Source of the DNA: the human T2T-CHM13v2.0 reference genome, Homo sapiens
Assembly (NCBI RefSeq): GCF_009914755.1
Contig: NC_060935.1
Length of the DNA: 64,000 bases
Strand: one strand, 5' to 3'
Part shown: positions 43,940 through 58,600 of the stretch, in pieces
Layout: every line of letters starts with the position of its first letter
How positions within the stretch are numbered: the first letter of the stretch is position 1
Program-made: the position numbers and the translations under genes
The notes under the pieces: generated by a model
Told to the model about the DNA's origin: nothing
Seen by the model: the letters and a program-made list of their open reading frames with translations, nothing else
Databases searched by the model: none

Positions 43940-46790
43940 TTCATTAAATCAAGGAATGATGGATACCTCTTTAAGATGGCAAAATATATAAATTTCAGCC
44001 CAAAGCCAGCAACTTACTTTGGAAACACTAGCATCAAAACCAGGATGCTTACAGCCTTCACTGTAAGCAATTATTTAACACTGTATTAAAGTTATTAGAA
44101 AATGCAGGTGTAAATGGGAAAGAAATAAGAGGCATAAGTGTCAGGAGGAAAAAATTACAGCTATCTCTATACAGATAAAATTTATTATGTATTTGGAAAG
44201 CCTGAGAGAATCTATAGAAAAATCTCTACAAATAATAACAGTTACATTACAAAGTAGATAATTAACAGAGTAATACATCGAATGCATATGTATAAGTAAT
44301 AATAATATCTAATGAAAGATAAGACAAAATAAAACAAAATTCCCAAGCACAATTATAATAAGAAATATGCAAAACATAGATAAGGAATTATGAAACACTC
44401 TTAAAAGATACTAAAGTAGACCCCCAAGACATGGAAAGGCATATCACAGTTTATGATTGGAAGCCTCAAGATCCAAAGATTTTGATTCTCCTTAAATTTA
44501 CTTCTAAATTTAAGATGCAATCTTAAATGCATCTGTGCAGCAAATATGCCATCAGGTTTTTTTCTGGAGCTAGACAGATTAATTATAAAGATTATGGTTA
44601 AACATGAATAGTCAGCAAAACCCTAAAAAAGAGGAACAATATGTGGGAGGTTACCCTCAAGATATGAAAACATAATGAAGCTTCTACAGTTAAAGTAGTG
44701 TGATATTGGCTTATGGGTAGACAGATACATAGACCAATGGAACAGAATGGAAAAACACAGAAATAGCCCAGCTGCCTTTGAAATTCAGTATGAGATAAAG
44801 GCAGGAGCTCAAAAGTAGAAAAAAGAGGGACTATTTAATAAATGACAATAAAATAACTGGGTAACCATAAGAAAAAAGACAAAGTTGGATCTATTCCTCA
44901 CATGATACACTGGTATAATTTCTAAATAGATGAGACATCCCAATGTAAAAGAATGAAGCCATAAAAATATTATTAAAAAATGAATTTTCTTCATCACCTA
45001 AGAAGCGACAAAACTCTTAACTTTGATTAAAATACCTGAAACAATAAAAGATTAATACATTTAAGGTAAAAAAATTGTATCATGAGAAAAGTCAAAAACC
45101 AAATCACAAATTGGAAAAAAAATACATGCAACTTACACCTCAGACAAAAAGCTATTATTCCTAATATACTGTTCTCTTAAAACTTGAAAAGATCAAAATC
45201 CCAATAGTTAAGTGAGGAAAAGGTACAAAACAAATAGACCATATAGGAATACCAATAGCTATTAAAAACATGAAAACATCCCCAGTCTTTCTCATAATAA
45301 GAGAAATGCAAAATTAAACAACACAAAAACTGTTTCTCACCTATCAGGTTGGAAAATTTGAAAATTCTGAGAAGATGCTGGGTTGGAGAGACTATAGGAA
45401 AGTAGACACTGTCATTCACTGCTACAGAAAATACAAATGCCTGTTCTCCCCAAAATGATCCACAGATTCAAGACAATTCCACTAAACTTTCAGAAGGTTA
45501 TTTTTGTTGGAATTTATAAGTTTATTCTGAAAACTAATATGGAAAATCAAAGGACCTAATATAGCCAAAATAACTCTTTAAACGGTGAATGATGATGGAG
45601 GACTTACACTAACTGATTTCAAGAATTATCCTAAAGCTACAGTAATCAAAGCTGTGTGATATTGCTCTCAAGATAGATAAATGAAAGGGACAGAAGAGAG
45701 AACAGAAACAGACACACACAAATAGGATCAGCTGAATTTTAACTTAGATGAACAACCATAGGAAAGCTATGTGCAAAAAAAATTATAGATAATAATTAAT
45801 AATCCATGCCTCACAATATGTACAAAGATAAACTCAAAATGGGTTACAGATACAAATGTAAAAAAAAAAATACAAAACTTCTGCAATAAGATGTAGGAGA
45901 AAATCTTTGTAACATTTCTTAAACAAAAAGTTTTGGATATAACAACAAATCTACAATTCATGAATTTAAAAAGTGATAAATTGGACTTCACTAAAATTAA
46001 GAACTTCTGTTAATAGAATTAAAAGATAAGCCATGAACTGTCTGAAAATTTAAAATTTGATAAATGAGTATTAGGCTTATTACCTGCATGACAAAATAAT
46101 CTGCACACCAAATCCCAGTGACATACGATTTACCCATGTAACAAACCTGTACATTAGCCCTCTCTGCCTAAAATAAAAGTTTGAAATAAAAATAAAATAA
46201 AATAAAACTTGAAAAAGGACTTGAATCCTTTTTTGACTCAAATTTTTTGAAAACCATTTGGCAGTATTTATAAAAACTAAATATTATGTCTACCCTATTA
46301 TTGAGCAAGTCCACATCTCATTATATACCCAAAAGAAATGTTTCCATAGTTCAACCAAAATACATGTTCACAAATGTTCATAGAAGCTTTATTAATAATA
46401 AGCAAAAACTGGAAACTAACTGTTCATTAACAGGATAAATAATTGTATACACATAATGGGATACTACATAGAGACAAAATAATAACGTTAATCTCTGCAT
46501 ACATGCAACAATACAGATGAGTATCACAGCCTTTATGTTGGGGAAAAGAAACCAGAAACAGTACAGTACATGTTGATATGAACAGTGGCTAGCTGTGGGA
46601 GTGGGCGTTGAGAGAGGGTAGTGTTCACTGGGAATGAACAAGAGAAGACCTTCTAAGGTGGTTGAAAGCATTTTACATTTTAATCCAGCTTGTGGTTACA
46701 CAGGCACATACATATGAAAAAGTTCAATGAGCTATATACTTAAAATCTGTACACTTTACTGTAAGTTAGTCTACAACATTTTATAAAGGT
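43940..46790 (+). mobile_element. Old L1M fragments, including a small L1 3'-end piece at about 46065-46205
   Basis: A-rich decayed ORF2 (gaccaatggaacagaatgg, aaagctacagtaatcaaa) and an L1M-type 3' end. Confidence 0.65.
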
Positions 46791-47254
46791 AGTATCTATT
46801 TTATTTTATTACTGATATTGGACTGCATACCCACCACACCCACCCCACTCCCAAATTATAGGTCCCTTGGATTCAGTGGTCTATTCAATCCCATCTAAAC
46901 CACAATCCCGCCACTGTACGCCTATTCTTTTCATTTCACTAACATTGAACAGAATCACTGTAGTGCAAACTAAACATTTCTCCAAACTTCCCTTATTTAC
47001 CAGTAGAAGGGGACTTCCCTACAGAAAAGTTCCTAAGCATTTCACTTATCACTGCTTCTCAAAGAAAGTTTACCACTCCTGGTGGGTTTAGATTCTTTAT
47101 ATACAGCTATATTCCCCTTTACATAATATTGGGGATGTATTAGCTTATCTGGAGAGCACCATTGCTTCACCACATGTCCCATTATTAAAATATCACGGCT
47201 TTCTGCAAGGCCTGAAAATTTAATTATCAATTGCCTCTTCTAATAAGCAACTGC

Positions 47255-47575
47255 GGCCGGGCACAGTGGCTCACATCTGTAATCCCAGCACTTTGGGAGG
47301 CCAAGGCGGGTGGATCACGAGGTCAGGAGTTTGAGACCAGCCTAGCCAAGAGACCAGCCTGGCCAATATGGTGAAACTCCGTCTCTACTAAAAATATAAA
47401 AATTAGCCGAGCGTGGTGATGGGCACCTTTAATCCCAGATACTTGGGAGGCTGAGGCAGGAAAATTGCTTGAACCCAGGAGGCAGAGGCTGCAGTGAGCC
47501 AAAGATTGCGCCATTGCACTCCAGCCTAGGTGACAGAGCAAGACTCTGACTCAATATAAATAAATAAATAAATAA
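47255..47575 (+). mobile_element. AluS (Sg-like) with an internal 17-bp tandem duplication
   Basis: gagaccagcct(a/g)gccaa occurs twice at 47333-47366. (TAAA)n tail. TSD AATAAG(C/G)AACTGC. Confidence 0.95.
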
Positions 47576-47644
47576 GGAACTGCTTGGTTCTGCCCTGATA
47601 TGTTCCCCAAACTATTTTCTGCTCTGTTACTTCCTCTTGACCAG

Positions 47645-48107
47645 TAACATCCATTAGAAAATAATGCAAATCATGTATGTAATTTTAAATTTTCTAGTAC
47701 ATAAAAAACTGAACAGAAATTATTTTAATGATATATTTTATTTAACATAATATATCCAAAATGTTATTTCAACATATAATTAATATAAAAATTAATCAGT
47801 GGGGGCCAGGCACAGTGGCTTAAGCCTGTAATCCTAGCACTTTGGGAGGCCGAGGCGGGTGGATTGCCTGAGCTCAGGAGTTTCAGACCAGCCTGGGCGA
47901 CATGGTGAAACCCTGTCTCTACTAAAATACCAAAAAAAAAAAAAAAATCAATGGGATGTTTTATATTTTTTATAATAATTCTTCAAAGATCTAATGTGCA
48001 TTTTATACTTACATTGCACACTTAGAGTATGTATCAATATGGATGATCACTTTTCAAGTGTTCAATAGACATGCATGGCTAGTCACTACCATATTGGATA
48101 GTACAGC
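47645..48107. mobile_element. MER33 DNA transposon (interrupted by an Alu monomer)
   Basis: tatgtaattttaaattttctagt...tttatttaacataatatatccaaaatg...atggctagtcactaccatattggatagtacagc. Confidence 0.7.
47804..47947 (+). mobile_element. Alu left monomer with poly(A)
   Basis: Left arm only, then an A-tail. Flanked by aatca(g/a)tggg. Confidence 0.9.
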
Positions 48108-48977
48108 TCCCAATCATCTTGAACTACATACTTCTCCATAAGACCTCTAACACCCAAGTTAACCCTTGAAATGAAACTCCAGATGCTGTCTCTGTTGGTC
48201 TTAAAATAACATGACACCTCCACCCAACATCTTTACATCCCTTAAAATTTTATATCTCTCCCTTGGAAGTTCTAAACCACTAAACTAGTTCTAAACCCTA
48301 GGGCTCCACTCACCAAGTCAGTGGGCCCCACGCTTACTTCTATATGAAACCTAACATACTTCCCACTTACACATTATAAAATTCATCAAACACTGATCTT
48401 GTCATTTTGCCAAGACCACCTCAACAAAACGTTTCACCTCCTACGTTCTTGCAAAAAGTGATACATTAAAATTATCCTGTGAAAAATAGCATGAAATTAC
48501 TGTGAATATATTTAGAACTTAAATTTGTTAGGTCAACTAGCATGTGAAATGAAATCTTCCAAAAAGAAATGAGACAATAAAGAATAGCATAAAGGAAAAC
48601 ACTGTGGATTGGGATTCGAGCTGGGATTCCAGTCCCAGGTCTGCCACTAGGTAATTTTATGTTCCTGGGCAAATACACAAATACTTCTGAGTCTGCAATT
48701 TGTGGTGTATTACATAAAGGGGAAAGATAAAATTATTCCTAAGCCTCATTCAACATTGAATATTCTATAGGTGTAGAAACTTCTTTATAAATCAAGGAAG
48801 AGATGGAGGTGAGGGTGGGGAAGAATAAATCCACTCAGAAAAGAGAGTTAAAATTTTCTCTATATATAGGATGGAAAGCACTGGAAGCTTAGATTCCTCA
48901 CTGAAAAAAAAATCATCGCAAAAGCAATCTGATTTTAAAAAAATCCTAGTATCTCTTTTCTGTTTCTAAAATTTTTT

Positions 48978-49913
48978 TCAAGAAAAGCTTATTCTGGAAA
49001 AGGTTCTCTTCAGGGCAAGTTTGACATCCTTATTCCTCAGGCTGTAGATTAATGGGTTAAACATGGGCACCACAGTGGTATAGAACAGGGAGGACACTTT
49101 CCCCTGGTCCAGGGGTAAAATGGAAGGGGGTTTGAGGTACGTAAAAGCTCCTGACCCAAAGAAAAGAGAAACTGCAATTATGTAGGAGCTGCAGCTACTG
49201 AAGGCTTTAGACCTGCCCTCAGCAGAACTAACGCGGAGAATGCTGGAAAGAATAAAACCATAAGAGATAAAAACGGCAACAATGGGCACCCCAATGCCAA
49301 CGGTCACAACAATAAAGATGACCAGGACATTTATGTAAGAGCCGTTGCAGGAGAGCTCAAGAAGGGGAAGGATGTCACACATGTAGTGATTGACAAGGTT
49401 GTCTGCACAAAAGGTGAGAAACACTATATTTCCTGTATGAGCCACAGCCCCAAAAACCCCCATCCCGTAGACACCCAGTAAAAGGAGCAAACACACCTGG
49501 GGAGACATGGTGATCGTGTACAACAGTGGGTTACAGATGCCCACGTAGCGGTCCTACACCATCGCCGACAGGATGAAGGACTCAGAAAAGACAAAGAAAC
49601 AGAAGAAGAAGAACTGACTCATACACCCTGTGAAGGAAATAATGTTCTTCCTTGAGACAAAACTCATCAGCATTTTGGGAATGATGGTCGTAGAGAAACT
49701 AAAATCTACGAGGGACAAGTTGAAGGGGAAAAAGTACATGGGGATATGCAGGCGAGAGTTGAGCCCTATCAGGATTATCAAGCCCAGGTTCCCCACCACC
49801 GTGACCGCGTAGAAACCTAGAAACAGGAAGAAGACGGGGACCTGGAGTCCCGGCTGGTGGATTAAGCCTGCGAGGATAAACTCTGTCACGGAGGAGGAGT
49901 TCTCGGCAGCCAT
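48978..49913 (-). pseudogene. OR8B10P: Olfactory receptor family 8 subfamily B pseudogene (single premature TAG)
   Basis: ORFs 49554-49913 and 48978-49544 are in the same frame (936 nt, 311 codons plus stop). MAYDRY reads M-V-stop-D-R-Y (ATG GTG TAG GAC CGC TAC; stop at 49554-49556). KAFSTCSSH reads KAFSSCSSY. The symbol is from recalled gene order and is less certain than the pseudogene call. Confidence 0.9.
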
Positions 49914-50635
49914 TCTCCTCTAGGCAAAGCTGTGAAGGAAAAAGACTCAGTGAGAGAACGAGAAAGAATCCTCCCCTGCTTAAGAATGACATCGGAGCAG
50001 AGAGATTATTGAACTTCTAGAAGATATTTCCTTATTCCCTTGTCTCTGTTTTCACCTTCCCCAAGTGCCCTTTAGCCATCCTGGTAACTGTCTGAGGGTG
50101 ACATTTGCAGAGTGAAGGCTGCCGAGACTAAGGAGAGAGTCGGCAGAATTGAGCTGGAACAACCCTCCAACCCTCGCCGTGGCCCTCCCCGCTGTGTACT
50201 TCATTCCCTCTACAGCCCTTGATCAAGTCGGTAAAACCGGCGGCCCTTCTCTGGAGAGGTGGGAACCACTTGACCTTTCCAGACCTTCTACTTTGGGGTC
50301 TGTACTAAACGGAGCAGTAAGATGACGTTGTATCGTCCACAGTCTTTACTGGCATGACTGTGGAATTAGTATAGGATAATAGGGATGGAGTAATTATGTA
50401 ACGTTATTCATTAAAAGCTAAGAAAAAGGAAGAGAAACATTTATCAAATGTGTCTGAATGCTGTCTGGCATTACAACCATCACCATTCGACACATGAGGA
50501 TACAAAGCCTAAGCCACTTGCACAAAGCTCTAGTGCAACTGAGTTGCAGCAGCAGGGAAACTCCGTGGTCTGCCTCCCCTAGTCTGAGCTTTTAACCACT
50601 CTGCTGTGGCACCAGTGGCTCAGACAGGCACTCAC

Positions 50636-50991
50636 CCTCTACAGCTTGGAGCCACAGTGCTGCTGTCTACTGCCCCTCGCCCATCTCTTTTGCAGAAATC
50701 CAAATGGCCTTGCTGTAAAGAAAGTGGCAACTTAGAGCCCAGACACCCTCTGCTTCTGCTTCTCCACTTTGAGGATTAAAACCTCCAATTTATCTTGATT
50801 CTTTTGCTGAGATGAAGAACACTATCTCTGATCATGGCTTTGCCCCGAGGCTTCTGCCCAGCTTCCAGAGATGAGACCGCAGTCTTTCCTGACACTGCGG
50901 ATAACAAGCATCTGGAGAGTTTTATTCTGGAATAGAGACCTCAGAGTAGTTACGGAGGCTCCCTCAGGACCATTGCCAGAGACCAAGTTCT
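50636..50991 (-). other. Putative non-coding 5'-UTR exon of the second OR8B pseudogene
   Basis: Acceptor tttccttttccttAG (50992-50993) and donor GTGAGT (50630-50635). Same 356-nt length as the paralogous segment. Confidence 0.5.
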
Positions 50992-51771
50992 CTAAGGAAA
51001 AGGAAATGTTTGTTTTCACACTTGATAATGCTCCACGGGGCTTTTAATGACCTAATATTTCATTCGGGTCGCATCGTTTTAAGCACAATTTTTCTTGCTA
51101 CCTTATATTGACAACTTACTGTGTACCAAACACTGTATCTGACCCAGCACCTTCATACAGACACCAAGGATCCAACAACAATGTCCAATTTTACCTCATT
51201 TATTTCTCACAGTACCTTCATAAATCAGACATGTTAATCTCCACTTTAAAAGTGAGAAGCACACGCAGCTAATAGATTCTAGAATCTTGAGTCAAACTCT
51301 GGTCTGTCCAGCTCCAAATGTCACAGGGGCGAGGGACCCTGCTGAGCTTCTTAAGCAATCACAAGACACTTAATGTGTGTAACTGACAACACCCAATTTT
51401 GTCTCCAGACACCAGAGTTGGCTCCTCTAAACATTGTCAAAACCATTTTCAGGAGGGGATCTCATTAATACAGGGACTAATACAGTTTCCTGTGGCAACT
51501 AGCCTTTCACACCCCTAACCAGGGCCTTTTGTGTATTAAGGATGATACATTTCATAGCCAAGAAATAAATCTCTATTTGGGGAAATTAGAGCTTCAGTAT
51601 GCCAACAGGTTAGATATGTTTTTGATCCTGCTTCGATGGCAGAAATATTCTTGGAGAAGTTATAAAATCTTAACACAAAAGCAGAAGTCCATCTTCAGGC
51701 AAGTCCAAGTGAAACCACCGCACACAAGCCTGTGTGTTTATGAGGATGTGCACATATGTCAGTCAAGCCAT

Positions 51772-51890
51772 GCTCACTCTCAGCTCAGTCTCAGCAATGA
51801 GGTTGCCTCATCTGTCGTTATACACTTAGAATTGTCCACACCCCGGAGTGACCCTAATGGATCCCAATCCCTGTCTCAGTCCCACTGCAC
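51772..51890 (-). promoter_or_regulatory. Putative promoter/first-exon donor of the second OR8B pseudogene
   Basis: Donor GTGAGC (51772-51777, minus strand) and TAATGG at 51855-51860. Paralogous to 17688-17810. Confidence 0.4.
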
Positions 51891-54800
51891 AAAAGTTACA
51901 AAGGGAGAAAAATAATTTATTAAACAAAATGTACATGAGTCCATTAAGCAGGCTTTCCTTCAGATCCAAGTGCAAAGAAGACATTGGAGGTTCTCTGGAA
52001 GCTCTATGGGGAATTTTGTCTGTTACTTCAGAGACAGTTGCCATGGCAACTACATTTCCAAATGCATCTTAGACAAGGCTTCTCTAAAGCTGTGTTACCT
52101 GATGACTCACTTCAGTACAAGCAGCAAGCAAAAAAAAAACCTATCTGAAAAAATTTTTTCTTCTTGTATCTATTTCATACTTAAACGATATATTATACAT
52201 GTTACATTACAGAGCATGTGAACATTTACATACAATAAAATATCTTTACATATATGTCTCATGCATGTGTGTTAGCTCTCAGACTTCAGGTAGATCATCA
52301 AGTGGTGACAGTATGGCACGGGGTCAATCACTAAACTTACTAGTTTCCCAACCACAATAAGAAGAAGCACAAACCTGGCCAGAGAGGAGAGACGGCACTT
52401 GAAATAGTCATTTCAATAGCATTCAAATAGCCTTAATTAACTCCTGAGAAAGAAGATAGAATTAAATTCATCTATCACCAGTCATATGGGTCTGCAATGT
52501 CCTTAATGTTAAATTGATTTAATAAGTGTATTTAGCATGTATAGTAATATGTGAGGTCAGGGATACAAAAGGCATTGTTTGTGCCAGAAAGAAATGCATA
52601 GTCTAATAGAAACACGTCCCATATTGGCTCATCTTTCTACTTCTGTCCCTTCATATTTCACATTTACCAGGATTCACTTCTGTGCCTTATTTCCACGCTT
52701 TTTCTGCTTCCTTAAATTCTCAGTGAGTTACTTTGTTTCATGGCTTCAACAAACCCTCTATATGGATGGCTGCCAAATTTGTGTCTTTAGTTCTCAGTTT
52801 CCTGTTAAGCTCCTTTCCTGTGTGTCCCACATTTATTTTGGATATTTCTAAGAGGCTGTTCTCCAATCATCCCTGAACTTGAGTACAAAGATGAGTATAT
52901 GGCTCTTTACCCCAAAAGTAAATGTCCTCTCAACCATTCCCTTTATTTATTTGGCTGTAATCAATGATGAGAAAGTAGAATGTAGAACTTATAAAGTTAA
53001 TCTAAATCCTGGCTTTTCTAGAACCATCCCAGTTTATGCCTATTATCTCAGAAAAATTACTAGTATCTCCCCTTTCATTCTGAAATATGTCCCAGTTGAA
53101 TAAGCATTCAGAGCATGAACTTTGGAATCTGGCAGAACTCAGCTCAAATCTCTGACACTTACAGACTGTGTGATCTTGGGAACTTTGTTTAACCCTTCTA
53201 TGAGTTTCTGGTGTTGTAATGTTAAAATGGGAAAAATACTGGTAATTCAAAGGATTGTTTTAATGAATAAATAATGCACCTTCTGGCACAAAGACACAAA
53301 AAAATCTATTATTATTTATTATTATTTCGTAAATAATTCTTTTAAGTGTATTACTTTTATTTAATTTTCATTAAATAAATAAAATTTACTTATCATCTAT
53401 TAGAGTAGTAACAATTACTATCCCCTTGGATAAAAGTAATTGCAGAATGGGCTAGAACAGGAAGAGACTGAAGGCAGGGAAATCAACTCAGAGACTACAC
53501 AAGAGTAGAAACAGAGAGGATGAACAGTGCCACATGTTATGATATTACGATGAAATGCAAAACAATGTTTGGCATCTCTGTGCTTGGAGAGAGAAAAACA
53601 GAGACGAGGAGACATACATCAAGTTTGATTGCATTTTCAAGCCCAGGAAAACAGGAGCAGAATGACAAGAATGGAGAAATAAGGAGGGAGAAGGGTAAAG
53701 AGCTGAGTTTTAGACAAAAATGTGAAATATTAACAGGACCTCCAAATGACAAGGATCAGAAATAAGTAGAAAACTGGAAATCAGAACTTGGGTAAAGGGA
53801 TCAGATACAAATAGAGGAATCATCTGAGCAGAAGTGGTCATGGAAAAATGGGGAAATAGCCACAAGGAAGAGTGTTTAAAGACAGAATAATCGGGACAAG
53901 GATTGACTCTTTCAAAAACGCCAACAAATAGGTAATGAAAGAAGGACATTGACAAAAGGAAATGTCAAAAAATAAAAAAGCAAATGTAGCAACTGAGAGC
54001 AAGCATTTGAGAAGAAAAATATCTGGAATTAAACCCCAACTGTGTTGCTCATTTCCCAGGTGAACTTGAATAAGTTACTTAACCCAGTTAAGACTCAGCG
54101 ACCCTATCTAAAAAAAAATAGGGATAACAATATCAAATTTGCAGATGTTTGTGAGAATTACATTGTGCCCCAATGAATATTCATTTAGTCAATATTAGTG
54201 GAATTTATAAAACGTCACAGAAGCCAAAGGTGGAGAGAATTTCAAGAGTGAGGAATATATGTTACCAAGAGTTTCATGGGAAGAAAAACTGAAAAATAAG
54301 CTTAAACTAAGTCATTCTCTCGCCTTTCTATTCACTCATTTTTCCGTACCATTCTTACTGTGCTTAGTCTAATAAAATTTTATACTATTCATTGATTATT
54401 TCAAGACTATATTCCATAAGGCCCAACTAGATTAAATACTTCTTCAAGGAAAATTTTAAATCCTATAGCTTCGGGGGTACACTAACATAATCATTATTTA
54501 TCAGATGACGAATACTTTATAGATAATCTTCAAAAAATGATGAATGTAATAAACTTGCATGTAAATATAATGCAATAAAAATCCATATTACAAAAACATA
54601 ATTCTGGGGATTTTCTTAACTACCTGAAATAATTTGCCACATTTTATTCTCATGAAAAAAGTAATATGAGCTACACATAATTAAATTTACTGAAACTAAG
54701 TTAGAAGGCTTCACTGTGTTAACATTGATACTGACATTCATTGACACTGAAATGACAATGATGCCAGAAGATTTCTGTCTGTCAAGGTCAAAGTGTTTGT

Positions 54801-55555
54801 AGAAGACATCTCCCCCTTTCTTGTAGGTGCTGGCAAAAGAAAGTAGCTAAATGGCAGAAATTGCTCCGAAGGCTTTAGCTAGAGAGCTGCCAAGAAACTT
54901 AAAACTTCTCAAAACTGAATTCTCTTTCCTAGGGGACTTAAATTCTGGAAAAGTGCTAATTTATGCAAAGATACTGTAAAATCTATCATTTACAAGGAGT
55001 GTAAAGAGTACAAAAGAAATCAAGACTGTGCTAGAAAGTACAATATGGTGGGGTTAATCAGGACAAACCTATAAAAAACCTTCAAGCAATTTACTGGAAG
55101 TGAAGTACGTGGTTTGATGAGTAGAAGCAGGGAAATTATTCTAAGCATAACAGAGACATCTTAATTGACTAATAATAAAATTAAATTGAATGTCTTTTAT
55201 GTGCAAAGAAACTAAGCGGTTTTATAAAGACAGCAAGGTAACAACGTTTTCTTGTTGGATAGACTCCTCTCTAGTCCTAATTGCAGGATTGAAGAGACTG
55301 TCTACAATTTCTAAAGACTTCTGAAAAGAAAAGCCACACACTCTCCCAGTGATGCATTCCAATATTTTGCAAAGCTTTCTCTCGGGAACTTTATTCTGGT
55401 GATTAACAGAAATCAAGAGGCAATGTAGCATCCTAGACAGATGCTAGGATTAGGAGTCTAAAGATCTGACTCTGGTCATGCAGTCTTGGAGAAGTCACTA
55501 AGATGTCCTTGCCTAGAAATTCCTCCTCTATAAAAGGAAAATTAAAACCTGCCTT

Positions 55556-55620
55556 ATAGATTGCTTGAGCCCAAGAGTTTGAGACCAGCCTGGGCAACAT
55601 AGTGAGACCTTGTCTCTATT
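55556..55620 (+). mobile_element. Short Alu/FLAM fragment
   Basis: gattgcttgagcccaagagtttgagaccagcctgggcaacatagtgagacc. Confidence 0.8.
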
Positions 55621-55765
55621 TTATTTTATTCAAGAAAGAATTACTAGACCAACCAAGAAGCAGGAAAATGTGGCCCATAACCCAAAAGAAAAATTGGTTT
55701 ATAAAAAGAAATTTTTAAAATGATAGAAATGATATTCGTGAAAGAGGGCTTTAAAACAACTGTTG

Positions 55766-56323
<558 letters not shown>

Positions 56324-57989
56324 TTAAAGGAAAACGTGAACAGAGAGAAGACACGAGAAAGAGCCAATGGAACATCTAGGTATGAAAACTACAACATCCA
56401 AAATAAGGCTGAGATAATTCCACTCCCACTTCTCTCACTAACACAACAAACTTCTTCAAAAATCCCTGTAGGGTCAATGGTTTGCTTTGCTGGACAAGAC
56501 CCCTCCCTTACTAGGCAAAAAATCAATTCAAATTTGAAGTTTTAAATTGATTTTTTGAGCTGTGATCTCACGTTTTGACAATTATGAGTTTCCACCAAGG
56601 TTATTCTGAGGACTCTAACTTGAAAATAAATAAAGGTGTGCTCACAGGAAAAAAAACAAAAAAACAAAAAACAAAACACCTGCCTTATATATGCCACAAC
56701 ATTCTTGAATAGATCAAACCAGCAGTTGTTAAATTTGATGAACATTTTTCAGTCTCTTTTTACTTGACACAGGGGACAGCTAACTCCTTGAAACACTCAT
56801 TTTCCTTCTTTGAAGACACATCATCCTTCCGATCTTCCTCCAACTTCTGGCTACTTCTCAGTCTCCTTCAAGGGCAAACGTTGGATATTCCTCAGGGTTC
56901 TAGCCTCAGTCTTCTTCTCTCGGCTTTCTACTTATGCACTCCAAAATATTGTCTACTCTCCTGTCTCATATTACCCTCTGCTGATGACTTCCAGATCTGT
57001 ATGTCTGTCCACAGCTGAACACTCGACACCTAAAATTCAACACATTAAAAAATCGGTATCACAATCTTTCCTCAAAAAACTTCTCCTTCCCCTATATTTC
57101 CCATCTTAATAACCAACACCATTTTCCCAGCTGCTGAATCACCTACATCAATAATAAAGTCAATTTGATTCTAACTTTTAAAAGAATCAGGCCAGTTCCC
57201 TGAAAATTAGTTCACTGAAATTTAATTTACCAACAGGACAATTTACCAAAAACCAATTCAACAATGAGCAATTTGCAAAACTTTGTTATCCCTTTTAACA
57301 ACTTATTTTTTACAAGTACTCTACATATGCATTAGAAAAATTATAAAATACATAGTATTTTATACATAGTACTTTACAATAGAGCAGGAAATAAAAATTA
57401 TTCATATTTCCACCACCCATAAATAACCACTGTTAAGATTTAGGTGCATTATGTTTGATGTTAGATTATATTGTACATATGATCTTGAAATATTTTTAAA
57501 CTGTATATCATCGGCATCTTCTTATGTCAATAAATAAACATTATTTTTAATAGCTTTATGATATCCCTTCCATGGGAGTACTATCATTTCGTATGTCAAT
57601 TCTTTGTTTGACATTTTATTATGTCCAGTTTTCACTATGATAAACACAGCAGAGATGAATATGCATTTTTGGAAACCTAACCATTTATTTTCTGAGGATG
57701 AATTCCTAGAAGTCAAATTGCTAAGTCTAAAAATATGCTGTTTAAGAATATTGCGGAAATGTTCTCAAGAAAGACTTTTGCAATAACACTCCTACTAGCA
57801 ATGTCTGAGCATGTCTTTTTCTCCATGTCTTTTCTAACAATTTCCTAATGCATCCAATACATGCTAAAAATGCCATCACATTGTTTTAATTCATACTTCT
57901 TCGATTATATGTTAGGCTTTAGGAATTTATTTTTATATTTCTTGACCTTACCCATTTATACACATTATAGGAATATTTAAATCTACTTT

Positions 57990-58600
57990 GTTATACAGCC
58001 ATTATGGAAAACAGTTTGGAGATTCCTCAAAAATGTTAAAATAGAACTACCATATGATCTAGCAATCCCATTACTGAGCAAATATCCAAAGGAAATGAAA
58101 TCAGTATATTAAAGACATGTCTGCACTTCCATGTTTATTGTAGCACTATTCACAATAGTCAAGATATGGAATCAAACTAAATGCCCATCTAATAAAGAAT
58201 GGATAAAGAAAATATGGTATATATACACAATGGAATACTATTCAGCCATAAAACAGAATAAAATCTTATCTTTTGCAGCAACATGGATGAAGCTGGAAGA
58301 CATTATGTTAAGTGAAATAAGCCAGGCACAGAAAGACAAAATACTGCATATTCTCACTCAAATGTGGAAGCTAAAAATGTAAGGTGACTGTAGCAAATAA
58401 CAATGTAATGTATATTTCAAGATAGCTAGAAGAAAAGATTTGGGATGTTATCACCACAAAGAAATGATAAATGTTTAAAGCTATTAATATGGTAATTAGC
58501 CTGATTTGATCATTATAAAATGTATACATGCATTGAAACATCATGCTGTATGCCATAAATATATACAATTATTATACATCAACCATAAGGTTTAAAAGTA
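57990..58600 (+). mobile_element. L1MA/L1PB-like 3' end
   Basis: ORF 58131-58382 resembles the ORF2 C-terminus (MFIVALFTIVKIWNQ...MEYYSAIK). Confidence 0.8.

Noticed and set aside
42039-43991. GC-rich region with several overlapping ORFs (possible CpG island or gene)
   Set aside because: Explained by the 5'UTR and ORF1 of the old L1, and CpG-depleted.
54690-54920. Minus-strand KAF...CHL and LDRQKSS...V.M echoes of OR TM6-TM7
   Set aside because: Requires several frame changes and has too few identities to distinguish from chance by eye.
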